Notes: generated from the sequence alone by a model not told the origin. Counted from the first letter of the stretch, positions 27,827-36,377 are shown. The stretch is DNA of 58,299 bases from Candidatus Eiseniibacteriota bacterium (GCA_035631115.1 DASQJJ010000051.1:1-58299), one strand, 5' to 3'. Numbers and translations: made by a program.

Positions 27827-28454
27827 GCACTTTTTTCTCTATCCCAACTGTTTTGACTACCTCAAATTCAACACCATCAGATTTTATTATCATATAGCCG
27901 GTGTTTTTTACCGATTCCGAGGGTAGTTCCTGAGGCGTTGCATAACCTAAGTGCATAAGAAATGTCCGCATAATATTACCGTGAGTTATAAGTAATACAT
28001 TTTTATTGGGGTAGGCAAGTGCAATCTCACGAAGAAAAGTAATAAATCTCCCCATCATTTCCTTATCTGATTCCATTCCTTGAGCAAACTTAACGCGATA
28101 TTTTTCCTTATATGATAGCTTGTTGTATGCATCACGTGCTTCTCTGAGTGCTCCCTGAAGATTTTTCTTGCTTTGTCCTTCCAATTCTCCCCACATGCGC
28201 TCTTTCAGAGCGTCTGTTGCCTGGATAGCAATTTCATCATCAAGAAGTATAAGCTTTGCTGATTCCTGCGATCTCATATAATTCGAGGAAAAAGCCGCAC
28301 TAAATGAAATATTTTTAAACTCTTCACCACGTTTTTGTGCCTGTATCCTACCATTTTCACTAAGATTTGGATTTTTGCTGCCTGAAGTTATGCCCTTCAA
28401 ATTATCTTCTGATTCACCATGTCTTACAATATAGAAAGTACAAAAATTATTCAC
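27816..28454 (-). CDS. histidine phosphatase (phosphoglycerate mutase-like) family protein, paralog 2
   Basis: FYIVRHGESEDN (RHG motif) and LLITHGNIMR. It is a tandem paralog of the upstream gene, with near-identical 3' ends at DNA level. Confidence 0.75.
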   Translation of the reverse strand: MNNFCTFYIVRHGESEDNLKGITSGSKNPNLSENGRIQAQKRGEEFKNISFSAAFSSNYMRSQESAKLILLDDEIAIQATDALKERMWGELEGQSKKNLQGALREARDAYNKLSYKEKYRVKFAQGMESDKEMMGRFITFLREIALAYPNKNVLLITHGNIMRTFLMHLGYATPQELPSESVKNTGYMIIKSDGVEFEVVKTVGIEKKVPIS

Positions 28455-29080
28455 TATTTTTTCTCTATCCCAACTATTTTAGCTATCTCAAATTCTACTC
28501 CATCTGACTTAAGCACAATATAGCTTGCATTAGCTGCACTAGTCGAGGGTAACTCCTTAATAGAAGCAAAGCCCAAATGAGCAAGAAGGGACCTCATCGA
28601 CCCTCCATGGGATACTATCAATAGTGTTTTATTTGGGTATGCCAAGGCTGTTTCCCTAAGAAACGTAATAAATCTACCCGCTGTCTCCTCTAGGCTTTCC
28701 ATACCCTCTACTGCTTTATGGGTCCACATTGCATCTGCATCCAGCGCATGATACACGTCCATTTTTTTCCTTATGTCTTCTTCTAATTCATCATGCCTTT
28801 TCCCTTCAACAATACCATGTGATTTTTCGCGAAGGAGTTTTTTTGCAACTACTGCAACAGTGTGCTCATTGGCAATGATTTGCGCTGTATTATACGAACG
28901 AGATAAGTCAGATGAGAATGCTGCGTCAAAATGAATATTTTTAAATTGCTTTGCCATTTCCTGAGCCTGTAAATGCCCATTTTCTGTTAATGGTGCGTCG
29001 AAATTGCCAGCATATCTTTTTTGAATATTTGCCTCAGACTCTGCATGCCTCACAATATAAAAAGTACAAGGATTATTCAT
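28454..29080 (-). CDS. histidine phosphatase family protein, paralog 1
   Basis: FYIVRHAESEAN and LLIVSHGGSMR. Confidence 0.75.
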   Translation of the reverse strand: MNNPCTFYIVRHAESEANIQKRYAGNFDAPLTENGHLQAQEMAKQFKNIHFDAAFSSDLSRSYNTAQIIANEHTVAVVAKKLLREKSHGIVEGKRHDELEEDIRKKMDVYHALDADAMWTHKAVEGMESLEETAGRFITFLRETALAYPNKTLLIVSHGGSMRSLLAHLGFASIKELPSTSAANASYIVLKSDGVEFEIAKIVGIEKK

Positions 29081-29104
29081 GAAATGATTATAGCAGAAGG
29101 CATT

Positions 29105-29124
29105 AAAAAACCGCCTGGTGGCGG
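29105..29124 (-). terminator. rho-independent terminator after rpsJ
   Basis: Minus strand reads CCGCC-ACCA-GGCGG-TTTTTT. The 23-mer at 29102..29124 is identical to 31366..31388. Confidence 0.7.
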
Positions 29125-29159
29125 GTATTTCTGAATTTCTGAATTTCTGAGTTCCCGAA

Positions 29160-29468
29160 CTACATTTTTATTTCTATATCCACACCTGCTGGGAGCTCAA
29201 GGTGGGTCAAGGAATCAATGGTTTTTTCTGTTGGGGAAACAATGTCGATGAGTCTTTTGTGGATACGGATTTCAAAATGGTCTCGGTGATTTTTTTCTAT
29301 GAAAGGGGATTTGTTAACTGTGTAGACACTTCTATCTGTAGGAAGAGGGATAGGTCCAACAACCTTTGCGCCAGTCCTTATGGCGGTATCTAGAATTTGC
29401 TGACAGGTAGAGTCTATTACTCTCGCGTCATAACTTTTTAATCTAACTCGAATTCTTCCTTTAGGCAT
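29160..29468 (-). CDS. rpsJ: 30S ribosomal protein S10
   Basis: RIRVRLKSYDARVIDS...HKRLIDI. Confidence 0.95.
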   Translation of the reverse strand: MPKGRIRVRLKSYDARVIDSTCQQILDTAIRTGAKVVGPIPLPTDRSVYTVNKSPFIEKNHRDHFEIRIHKRLIDIVSPTEKTIDSLTHLELPAGVDIEIKM

Positions 29469-29495
29469 ATGTCTTTTAAAGAACTAATGAATGTA

Positions 29496-29524
29496 ATTAT
29501 ACTATAACTGACTTAGCTTGTCTA
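29496..29524 (-). promoter_or_regulatory. candidate rpsJ promoter TAGACA-N17-TATAAT
   Basis: Minus strand: TAGACA (29524..29519), 17-nt spacer, TATAAT (29501..29496), 27 nt before the ATG. Confidence 0.45.
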
Positions 29525-29527
29525 GGC

Positions 29528-30517
29528 TTATATCTTCCAGTTCCACATTTCGAAAAGCTTTAGCATTTTTAACGATTGGTCATGCCAATTTCTTGTTTCC
29601 TCACTAGTGTCACCAAATTTAAGAAGAACGGATGTTTTGAGTAGATATGCAGCATAGGAAGCTTGCACAAGCATAGGTAGTACTACCAACTCTTCTTGAG
29701 AAAGAGGGTTAATCTTTGTATATTCTTTCAAAATATCTTTAATTATTTCATCTTTTTTGTCCCATGTCTCCTCGCCAAGACAAAACCAAGCAAGAAAGAT
29801 AGACAAATCAAATACCTTAGCATCTTTTCGTATGCAACCCATATCCAAGAGACAATAAGCACCCTCTTTGCTTTTCAACACGTGCTTTCTTTGTAAGTCA
29901 CCATGAATTATTCCTTTACTAAAAGTTGATATATCCAACTTTTTCATTTCTTGAACAATTGGAAAAATAATTTTTTGTATGTCTTCAGATACATGATTTC
30001 CATTCTCAGCATATTCTCTAACCAAATTTTTACTTCCCCATGAATCATATGAATCAACAATTGGGATATCTAGCTGATTAAATTTGGCAAGAATTTTTAC
30101 AACATCTCGCATTTCACTCAGATAGGGTGTATAAAATACAAGACTTTTACCATGGAAAAAAATAGTAAGATAATAATAGATTGTTGTATTTTTGTGCGTA
30201 AAAGTACTTAAATATCCTTGATTTCCTACCTCTAATTCTGTTAAGGGGAGTTTTCTTTTCTTTGCTTCTTGCAAAACATCTGCATAGCTTTTTACTTGAT
30301 CGAATGTCTTCTCCCTTGCAAAGATTTTTAAGACATACTCACCTTTTTCCGCAGAAAGCCGTATATTTGCGTCTTCATAACCCTCGAGAATAGGCGCATA
30401 AGAGTAAATTTTTCCTAGATTATACACTTCACCGACTACTTTAATAAATTCTTCAAAAGGAATCTTAAGGTCTGTTCGCTCAAGAAGTTTTGCTAAATCT
30501 TTGGGTCCAAAAGTCAT
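29528..30517 (-). CDS. aminoglycoside/homoserine-kinase-type phosphotransferase (APH-fold kinase) family protein
   Basis: IIHGDLQRKHVL (HGD catalytic loop), CLLDMGC (metal-binding D) and an N-terminal VLKIF lysine segment. Confidence 0.6.
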   Translation of the reverse strand: MTFGPKDLAKLLERTDLKIPFEEFIKVVGEVYNLGKIYSYAPILEGYEDANIRLSAEKGEYVLKIFAREKTFDQVKSYADVLQEAKKRKLPLTELEVGNQGYLSTFTHKNTTIYYYLTIFFHGKSLVFYTPYLSEMRDVVKILAKFNQLDIPIVDSYDSWGSKNLVREYAENGNHVSEDIQKIIFPIVQEMKKLDISTFSKGIIHGDLQRKHVLKSKEGAYCLLDMGCIRKDAKVFDLSIFLAWFCLGEETWDKKDEIIKDILKEYTKINPLSQEELVVLPMLVQASYAAYLLKTSVLLKFGDTSEETRNWHDQSLKMLKLFEMWNWKI

Positions 30518-30571
30518 AACTTGTATTATAACAAATACAATTACAAACCCATGGAGACGTTTTATTAAAAA

Positions 30572-31309
30572 TTACTCGTGGAGCCAGGTTACACTGAAGT
30601 CAGTATTATTGGTAAGTGTAGATGTTGATGCTTTGGTATAACTACTATCACTACTCACCATATCTATTTTATCTGTTGCAAGTCCACTTGCCCCAACTGC
30701 AACACCATTTACCAAAGAATTACTCAATGATAGTGTGCCAAAATTGGCAAGTGGCAAGACACCACCACTCCATGGTGCCTCAACAACCCATTCAGCAGAC
30801 GACCTTGCTGCTTTATTGTTTCTTTGGACCGTAGAATAGCTTTTACCAGTAGTTGTATTTTGCAACGTGAGAGTAAATTGTCCTTTTGTATTGCTATACA
30901 CAACTTCTGCAGTAATACTGTCTCCTGCTTTTACTACTAAAGGCACCTTATATCCAGGCTTAGGGTACATTTCGTACCATGCATAATAACTTGACGCACC
31001 ATTACTGCAATCATGCTCTGTACCCGTTTGCTCAACAGTACTATTGCTATATCCATCCATACCAACCCATGCAGAGGAATAGGCACTTGTTGCTCCACAG
31101 GTAAGTGTTGGGACAACCCAACTCCCTTTTACACTATTTACCACATTTGCTTGTGGATTAAGAAGGCTGGTAAGTGCTGCAAAGCCTGCCCAGTTAGTAC
31201 TTGTACCCTGTCGTACCCGAATAAGTGGACCATGGGAAAATGCGAGAGATTGAGCGGGTAGTGCTAAAAGAGTTACTGCAACAAAAAGCACAATAAGTAA
31301 TTTCTTCAT
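30572..31309 (-). CDS. secreted peptidase G1/A4 (eqolisin-like glutamic peptidase) family protein
   Basis: Signal peptide MKKLLIVLFVAVTLLALPAQSLA, then TNWAGFA, SAWVGMDG...VEQTG and AEWVVEAP motifs. Confidence 0.6.
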   Translation of the reverse strand: MKKLLIVLFVAVTLLALPAQSLAFSHGPLIRVRQGTSTNWAGFAALTSLLNPQANVVNSVKGSWVVPTLTCGATSAYSSAWVGMDGYSNSTVEQTGTEHDCSNGASSYYAWYEMYPKPGYKVPLVVKAGDSITAEVVYSNTKGQFTLTLQNTTTGKSYSTVQRNNKAARSSAEWVVEAPWSGGVLPLANFGTLSLSNSLVNGVAVGASGLATDKIDMVSSDSSYTKASTSTLTNNTDFSVTWLHE

Positions 31310-31368
31310 AGTAAAACTATATAATTATCTATTATTTTTTGCAAGAGTGAGTATGGTCCGCAGGTATT

Positions 31369-31388
31369 AAAAAACCGCCTGGTGGCGG
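31369..31388 (-). terminator. rho-independent terminator after the tuf/small-ORF unit
   Basis: Same CCGCC-ACCA-GGCGG-TTTTTT sequence as at 29105..29124. Confidence 0.7.
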
Positions 31389-31416
31389 CATCTCCTCAAT
31401 AATGGACGATTAATTA

Positions 31417-31605
31417 TTACCCATTAGAAGGTCTTGGGGTTGCTGGAGTTGCAACAATTGTAGATCTTCCTCTACCATGTCCATTTCCGTGACTATCGTT
31501 ATTTACATCTGCGGCTGCTCTGACTCTTGCAAGTACCGCATCTCCTGATCCAGATACATCCTTCATTACAAATGGCTTACCTGATGTTGTTTTCTCTGCA
31601 CTCAT
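31417..31605 (-). CDS. hypothetical small protein (62 aa) downstream of tuf
   Basis: ORF track. ATG lies 11 nt after the tuf stop and the terminator follows. Gly/His/Arg-rich tail. Confidence 0.45.
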   Translation of the reverse strand: MSAEKTTSGKPFVMKDVSGSGDAVLARVRAAADVNNDSHGNGHGRGRSTIVATPATPRPSNG

Positions 31606-31616
31606 ATATTTAGAAG

Positions 31617-32804
31617 TTATTTGAGGATTTTGGTGATAACACCTGCTCCAACTGTCTTTCCACCTTCTCGGATAGCAAATCGTACGCCATCTTCAAGAGC
31701 AACTGGTACAATAAGCTCGACTGTCATTTTTGTATTGTCTCCTGGCATAACCATTTCTGTTCCTGCTGCGAGCGTTACATTACCAGTAACGTCTGTTGTT
31801 CGGATATAAAATTGTGGTCGGTATCCATTAAAGAATGGTGTGTGTCGTCCGCCTTCTTCTTTAGCAAGTACGTACACTTCTGCTTCAAATTGTGTGTGTG
31901 GTGTAATACTTCCTGGCTTAACAACAACTTGTCCTCTTTCTACATCATCTTTTTCTACTCCTCTAAGTAAAAGTCCTACATTATCTCCTGCCATACCACT
32001 ATCTAATTGCTTTCGGAACATTTCTACTCCGGTAACAACTGATTGCATGGTTGCTTTCATTCCAACGATTTCAACAGGCTCATTAACTTTTACTTCTCCT
32101 CTTTCAATTCTTCCGGTTACAACTGTTCCTCGACCTTTAATAGAGAAAACGTCTTCAACAGGCATAAGGAATGGTTTTGCTGTGTCTCGGACTGGATCTG
32201 GGATGTAACTATCTACTGCATCCATAAGCTCGAGAATTTTTGTCTTGTATGCTTCGTCACCTTCTAATGCTTTAAGAGAAGATCCTCGAATAACAGGTAC
32301 ATCGTTTCCTGGATATTGGTATTTTGTAAGAAGCTCTCTTACTTCCATTTCAACTAAATCAAGAAGTTCTGGATCTTGTACCATGTCGCACTTGTTAAGG
32401 TAAACAACAATTGCAGGTACACCAACTTGTCGTGCAAGAAGAATGTGCTCTCTTGTCTGAGGCATTGGACCATCTGCTGCACTAACAACCAAGATAGCAC
32501 CATCCATTTGTGCTGCTCCGGTAATCATGTTCTTAATATAATCAGCATGACCTGGAGCATCGATGTGTGCATAGTGTCTTTTCTTTGTTTCGTATTCAAT
32601 GTGGGAAATGTTAATGGTGACTCCGCGTGCTTTTTCTTCTGGGGCATTGTCAATTTGGTCGTAAGCTTTTGCTTCTGTTGCTCCGAATTCTGGATGTTGT
32701 GCCAAAACGGTTGCAATTGCTGCTGTTGTTGTGGTCTTACCATGGTCGACGTGACCAATAGTTCCGATATTTACGTGTGGTTTGTTTCGTTGAAATGTTG
32801 CCAT
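31617..32804 (-). CDS. tuf: elongation factor Tu
   Basis: [18 protein letters not shown] and NKCD. Confidence 0.97.
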   Translation of the reverse strand: MATFQRNKPHVNIGTIGHVDHGKTTTTAAIATVLAQHPEFGATEAKAYDQIDNAPEEKARGVTINISHIEYETKKRHYAHIDAPGHADYIKNMITGAAQMDGAILVVSAADGPMPQTREHILLARQVGVPAIVVYLNKCDMVQDPELLDLVEMEVRELLTKYQYPGNDVPVIRGSSLKALEGDEAYKTKILELMDAVDSYIPDPVRDTAKPFLMPVEDVFSIKGRGTVVTGRIERGEVKVNEPVEIVGMKATMQSVVTGVEMFRKQLDSGMAGDNVGLLLRGVEKDDVERGQVVVKPGSITPHTQFEAEVYVLAKEEGGRHTPFFNGYRPQFYIRTTDVTGNVTLAAGTEMVMPGDNTKMTVELIVPVALEDGVRFAIREGGKTVGAGVITKILK

Positions 32805-32818
32805 AAATAAATTATTTT

Positions 32819-32872
32819 GGGCCAGAGGCCCATCAGCCTTTGGCTGAAAAAAGTCTCAACTTTCGTGAGACT
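32819..32872 (-). promoter_or_regulatory. structured tuf leader: 5'-proximal terminator-like hairpin plus two short GC hairpins
   Basis: Minus strand reads AGTCTCA-CGAAAGT-TGAGACT followed by TTTTT (32872..32847), then CAGCC-AAA-GGCTG (32846..32834), then GGGCC-TCT-GGCCC (32831..32819). Confidence 0.45.
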
Positions 32873-32879
32873 GAATATT

Positions 32880-32908
32880 AGTATACAGCATGAAAAAAAC
32901 TTCGTCAA
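32880..32908 (-). promoter_or_regulatory. candidate tuf promoter TTGACG-N17-TATACT
   Basis: Minus strand: TTGACG (32908..32903), 17-nt spacer, TATACT (32885..32880). The predicted start falls at the first base of the hairpin. Confidence 0.5.
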
Positions 32909-32938
32909 TACCCTTTTTTAAATTCCGACAGTAATTTT

Positions 32939-32988
32939 GTCATTCTGAGTGAAACGAAGAATATATCCTTCACTTCGTTCAGGATGAC
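32939..32988. repeat. 50-nt near-palindromic element GTCATTCTGA...TCAGGATGAC, intergenic copy
   Basis: 43/50 identical to the recX copy. It ends 3 nt before the TACAAT box of the methyltransferase gene. Confidence 0.7.
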
Positions 32989-33004
32989 ATGTACAATAGT
33001 ACTC

Positions 33005-33862
33005 ATGAACATTCTTAGTACTCCCGGGTGGAAAGATTATGAATTACTCGATAGCGGTCATGGCATGCGCTACGAAAGATTTGGTCCATACACAACAGTG
33101 CGTCCAGACCCACAAGCAATTTGGCAACCAAAAGCATTACAAGAATGGCACAAAGCAGATGTGCAATTTATTAGGACGCAACAAGATAAGGGTACATGGA
33201 AATTTAAAAGAGCAATTCCAGAAAAATGGAAAATGACTTGGAAAGATTTGTCTTTTTGGGCTAGGCTTACTTCTTTTAAGCACACAGGCGTATTCCCCGA
33301 GCAAAGTCTCCAGTGGGAATTTATGCAAGAGAAAATAAAACATGCCAATAGGCCAATTAGCGTCTTAAATTTATTTGCCTATACTGGCATTGCCAGTCTT
33401 GCAGCAGCCGCTGCCGGAGCACAAGTTACTCATGTAGACGCATCTAAGCCTTCTATTTCTTGGGCAAGAGACAATCAAATTATCTCTGGACTAGAAAAAA
33501 AGCCAATTCGCTGGATACTGGATGATTGTCTAAAATTTGTAGAAAGAGAAGTAAAAAGAGGCAATACGTACGACGCAATTATTATGGACCCACCCGTCTA
33601 TGGACATGGAGCCGAAGGACAAATTTGGAAATTTAACGAGAATTTTCCCAAGCTTTTAGAAAAATGTGCTCAAATCTTAAGTGCAACTCCTTTATTTATA
33701 GTTGTTAATGCATATGCAATTTCTTCGTCCAGCATTATGCTAGAAAATGTCCTGAAGGATTTTCTGCCTAAAGGAAATGTAGAAGTTGGTGAATTATGTC
33801 TAGAAGAAACACTTGGAAAAAGACTTTTATCTACAGGCATATACGCAAGATGGAGTGCCTAG
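33005..33862 (+). CDS. class I SAM-dependent (rRNA-type) methyltransferase
   Basis: VLNLFAYTGIASLAAAAAGA (SAM motif I) and YDAIIMDPPVYG (motif IV). ATG 33005 has TACAAT 7 nt upstream. Confidence 0.65.
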   Translation: MNILSTPGWKDYELLDSGHGMRYERFGPYTTVRPDPQAIWQPKALQEWHKADVQFIRTQQDKGTWKFKRAIPEKWKMTWKDLSFWARLTSFKHTGVFPEQSLQWEFMQEKIKHANRPISVLNLFAYTGIASLAAAAAGAQVTHVDASKPSISWARDNQIISGLEKKPIRWILDDCLKFVEREVKRGNTYDAIIMDPPVYGHGAEGQIWKFNENFPKLLEKCAQILSATPLFIVVNAYAISSSSIMLENVLKDFLPKGNVEVGELCLEETLGKRLLSTGIYARWSA

Positions 33863-34920
33863 AAGTATCCATTTGCCCAGAAGCCAATTTTAGAAATACC
33901 ATTTTGCTGTAGTACTTCTTCTTTTCTTTCCACAGAAGACAAATCTTCAAACCACACTTCGTGCTTTTCTTTATCTACATCAATATATGTTGCCTGTGTT
34001 TCAAAGAATTTATTTGAATTAATTTCACAGCTTTTAAAGTTACATGTGCCAATAAATTTTTTCAAAGCCTCATTTGTTGAAAGACTCGTTGCGCTACCAA
34101 TAGATCTACCCTTATCGTCCACTACCCAATCGTACCCAAACATACCAAAAGTAATTATTAATTTTTCTTTTGGCACATCTTTGGAAAAATCACTCAACAT
34201 TTGTAAAAAAGTGTAGTCTGAATCTGCGCTTTTACTCATGGGAAAATTTGGCCCTGGAGTGCCATTTGCTTTATGAAAATCATACGACAGCACAAAAATA
34301 CCATCTACTTGTTGTGCAATGTCCTTTACATTGTATGGTCGGGCTAAATAAAATGTGTCTCCATAGAGCACTTGATAAAATGACAAACTACTTCCATGCG
34401 CTTCTTTGGCAAATTTTATAGAAAAATCTGTAATAGATTTTGTAACCGTTGGAAAAGCAAGTCCACTATATTCCAAATCCAAAACAATTCCATCGAATCC
34501 ATTATTACTTGCTACTTGCAACGTATTGCGAATAATTTTTTCCTGCATATCCTCATCCTGGAATAGTCTTGAAGAAAATGATGTGTCCAACATTCTTAGT
34601 GTTAGAAGTGTTTTGTGTCCTTGAGTCTGGACAACAAAAGATGGAATGCCTTTATATCCTTCGTCTGTTGTATCTATACCCTTTTCAGTGGGCGATATAC
34701 CAAAATAAATGTATTCATCGTAATTCCTAGCAAGAGAATCTAGTGTCCAGTAGGGGACAAATAATGTAGATTGAGAAATTTTTACTGCTTGAGAAGATTT
34801 TTTAGTTGGTGTTGCGAGCGCTGTATGTGGTTGACCTGATTGAGTCCTATTTCCCCAGATAAAAATAAAAAATAATACTACACCAATGCAAAGAAATAAA
34901 AACCCTAAGATTTTTTTCAC
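33859..34920 (-). CDS. membrane-anchored glycosyl hydrolase family 18-like protein
   Basis: N-terminal TM, then FDGIVLDLEY, which matches the GH18 DxxDxDxE motif. Confidence 0.55.
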   Translation of the reverse strand: MKKILGFLFLCIGVVLFFIFIWGNRTQSGQPHTALATPTKKSSQAVKISQSTLFVPYWTLDSLARNYDEYIYFGISPTEKGIDTTDEGYKGIPSFVVQTQGHKTLLTLRMLDTSFSSRLFQDEDMQEKIIRNTLQVASNNGFDGIVLDLEYSGLAFPTVTKSITDFSIKFAKEAHGSSLSFYQVLYGDTFYLARPYNVKDIAQQVDGIFVLSYDFHKANGTPGPNFPMSKSADSDYTFLQMLSDFSKDVPKEKLIITFGMFGYDWVVDDKGRSIGSATSLSTNEALKKFIGTCNFKSCEINSNKFFETQATYIDVDKEKHEVWFEDLSSVERKEEVLQQNGISKIGFWANGYF

Positions 34921-34954
34921 CGATTGATTATAGCATTTAAAAGGTTTTATACTA

Positions 34955-35221
34955 ATGCTAATGACCCAACTGGATACTGTCCATAGATTCTATGGAGTTC
35001 CTCAGCCAGAACAACAGGAAAGTCCACCTCCAAAAAAAAGACGTAAGCCTGGTCCCCAACCACCCAAGAATGGTCCACGCCCATTAAGAATGCACGTAGA
35101 TAGTGGTGGTCACATGGTAGTACCCTATGGACTGCAACAAGAAAAACCTCCCAGAAGACTCAGAAAGCATGGAAAACCTCGCCAACAAAGAAGAAGTAGG
35201 CCTGGAAGGGAAAGGGGGTGA
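34955..35221 (+). CDS. hypothetical basic Pro/Arg/Lys-rich protein
   Basis: ORF track. TATACT at 34948..34953 favours the second ATG (34961) as a leaderless start. The SD for the next gene lies in its 3' end. Confidence 0.45.
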   Translation: MLMTQLDTVHRFYGVPQPEQQESPPPKKRRKPGPQPPKNGPRPLRMHVDSGGHMVVPYGLQQEKPPRRLRKHGKPRQQRRSRPGRERG

Positions 35222-35228
35222 GAAATAA

Positions 35229-35633
35229 ATGAATTATGTAGCAATTGTAGTAGCTGGTATTTTTAATATGGCTTTAGGATTTTTATGGTATGGACCTGTC
35301 TTTGGAAAAATGTGGATGGAATTTAACGGATACACAAAAGACTCCATGGAAAAAGCAAAAAAAGATGGCAGCATGGGAATGAAGTACGGCATGATGTTTG
35401 TGTCTGCATTGGTACTCGCATATTTTATGAATTGGTTGGTGAATGTAACAGGCGCAAGCAATTGGATGACAGGTGCACTCATTGGAGGAATGGCTTGGCT
35501 TGGATTTACTGCAACAACACAATTTGGTAATTGGATTTTTTCTGGTAAAAAATTTGGTGCATTTCTTATAGACACTGGATATTTCTTAGTAAGTTTTGCA
35601 GTATTTGGCGCCCTTTTCGCTGTATGGAAATAG
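35229..35633 (+). CDS. DUF1761-like membrane protein
   Basis: MNYVAIVVAGIFNMALGFLWYGPVFGKMW and four TM segments. GGGGGTGA SD upstream. Confidence 0.6.
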   Translation: MNYVAIVVAGIFNMALGFLWYGPVFGKMWMEFNGYTKDSMEKAKKDGSMGMKYGMMFVSALVLAYFMNWLVNVTGASNWMTGALIGGMAWLGFTATTQFGNWIFSGKKFGAFLIDTGYFLVSFAVFGALFAVWK

Positions 35634-35692
35634 TCTAAGAGTGAAGGGTTAAGGGTTGAAACCTATGATGTATCGTAGGTAGTTTTAATTTA

Positions 35693-35864
35693 CCATCCGT
35701 TGCATTATATATGCAGACAGCAGGCTATTCCCAATTCTCAGGTGAATTGGAATTCGATGTGCAACTATTTTGCTTTATTCAAACCAATCGGTAATCGAAT
35801 TACATTTAGCGAGTCCCTCCCGAGCGTCACCCTGAAATTGGGTAGACTGGTGGCTGCAAGGAAG
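35693..35864. repeat. 172-nt structured non-coding element, copy 1
   Basis: The 160-nt core (35701..35860) matches 43367..43526 at 154/160. It has no long ORF, contains mutually exclusive helices, and lies 14 nt after the stop of a minus-strand gene. Confidence 0.8.
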
Positions 35865-35878
35865 TGGTAGGCAAGCTG

Positions 35879-36214
35879 TCACTTGGAGAGGTTGCCCAAG
35901 AAGGAATTAACAATAGACAAAACTATACTAAATGCCAAAGCCCACCAAAATCCCTCTACAACAAATCCTGGCACTATATGTGCAGCAAGAAGTACCAAGA
36001 GCGCATTAATAACAAAAGTAAGAAGACCTAAAGTAAGAATATTTATGGGAAGGGTAAGAAGAAGAAGGATAGGCTTAAGAATGCTATTAATTACTCCCAA
36101 AGCAACTGCAGTAATAAGTGCTGTAAGAATATTGGCAATATGTACCCCAGGCAATACATAGGCAGTAACAAGAATAGCTAAAGCAGAGACCAGCCAGGAC
36201 AACAAGATTTCCAT
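35879..36214 (-). CDS. DUF360 / phage-holin-family-4-like membrane protein
   Basis: MEILLSWLVSALAILVTAYVLPGVHI...LGLLTFVINALLVLLAAHIVPGF. Start set at ATG 36214. The track extension to 36289 reads through a repeat half-site. Confidence 0.6.
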   Translation of the reverse strand: MEILLSWLVSALAILVTAYVLPGVHIANILTALITAVALGVINSILKPILLLLTLPINILTLGLLTFVINALLVLLAAHIVPGFVVEGFWWALAFSIVLSIVNSFLGNLSK

Positions 36215-36260
36215 ATAATCTATCGTAGCAAATGTAAGAAAGATTGCAAGCTTTCCCCAC

Positions 36261-36287
36261 GTCATCCTGAACAAAGCGAAGGATCTC
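36261..36287. repeat. half-copy of the GTCATCCTGA...GCGAAGGATC element
   Basis: GTCATCCTGAACAAAGCGAAGGATCTC matches one arm of the 50-nt palindromic element. Confidence 0.4.
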
Positions 36288-36377
36288 AACAGGGGAAATT
36301 TTTAGGGGCTAGCCCATATTAACATATTTTTAAAAAAATCAATAGACTTGTTTTTTATTTTGTACTTTGCGATAGTA

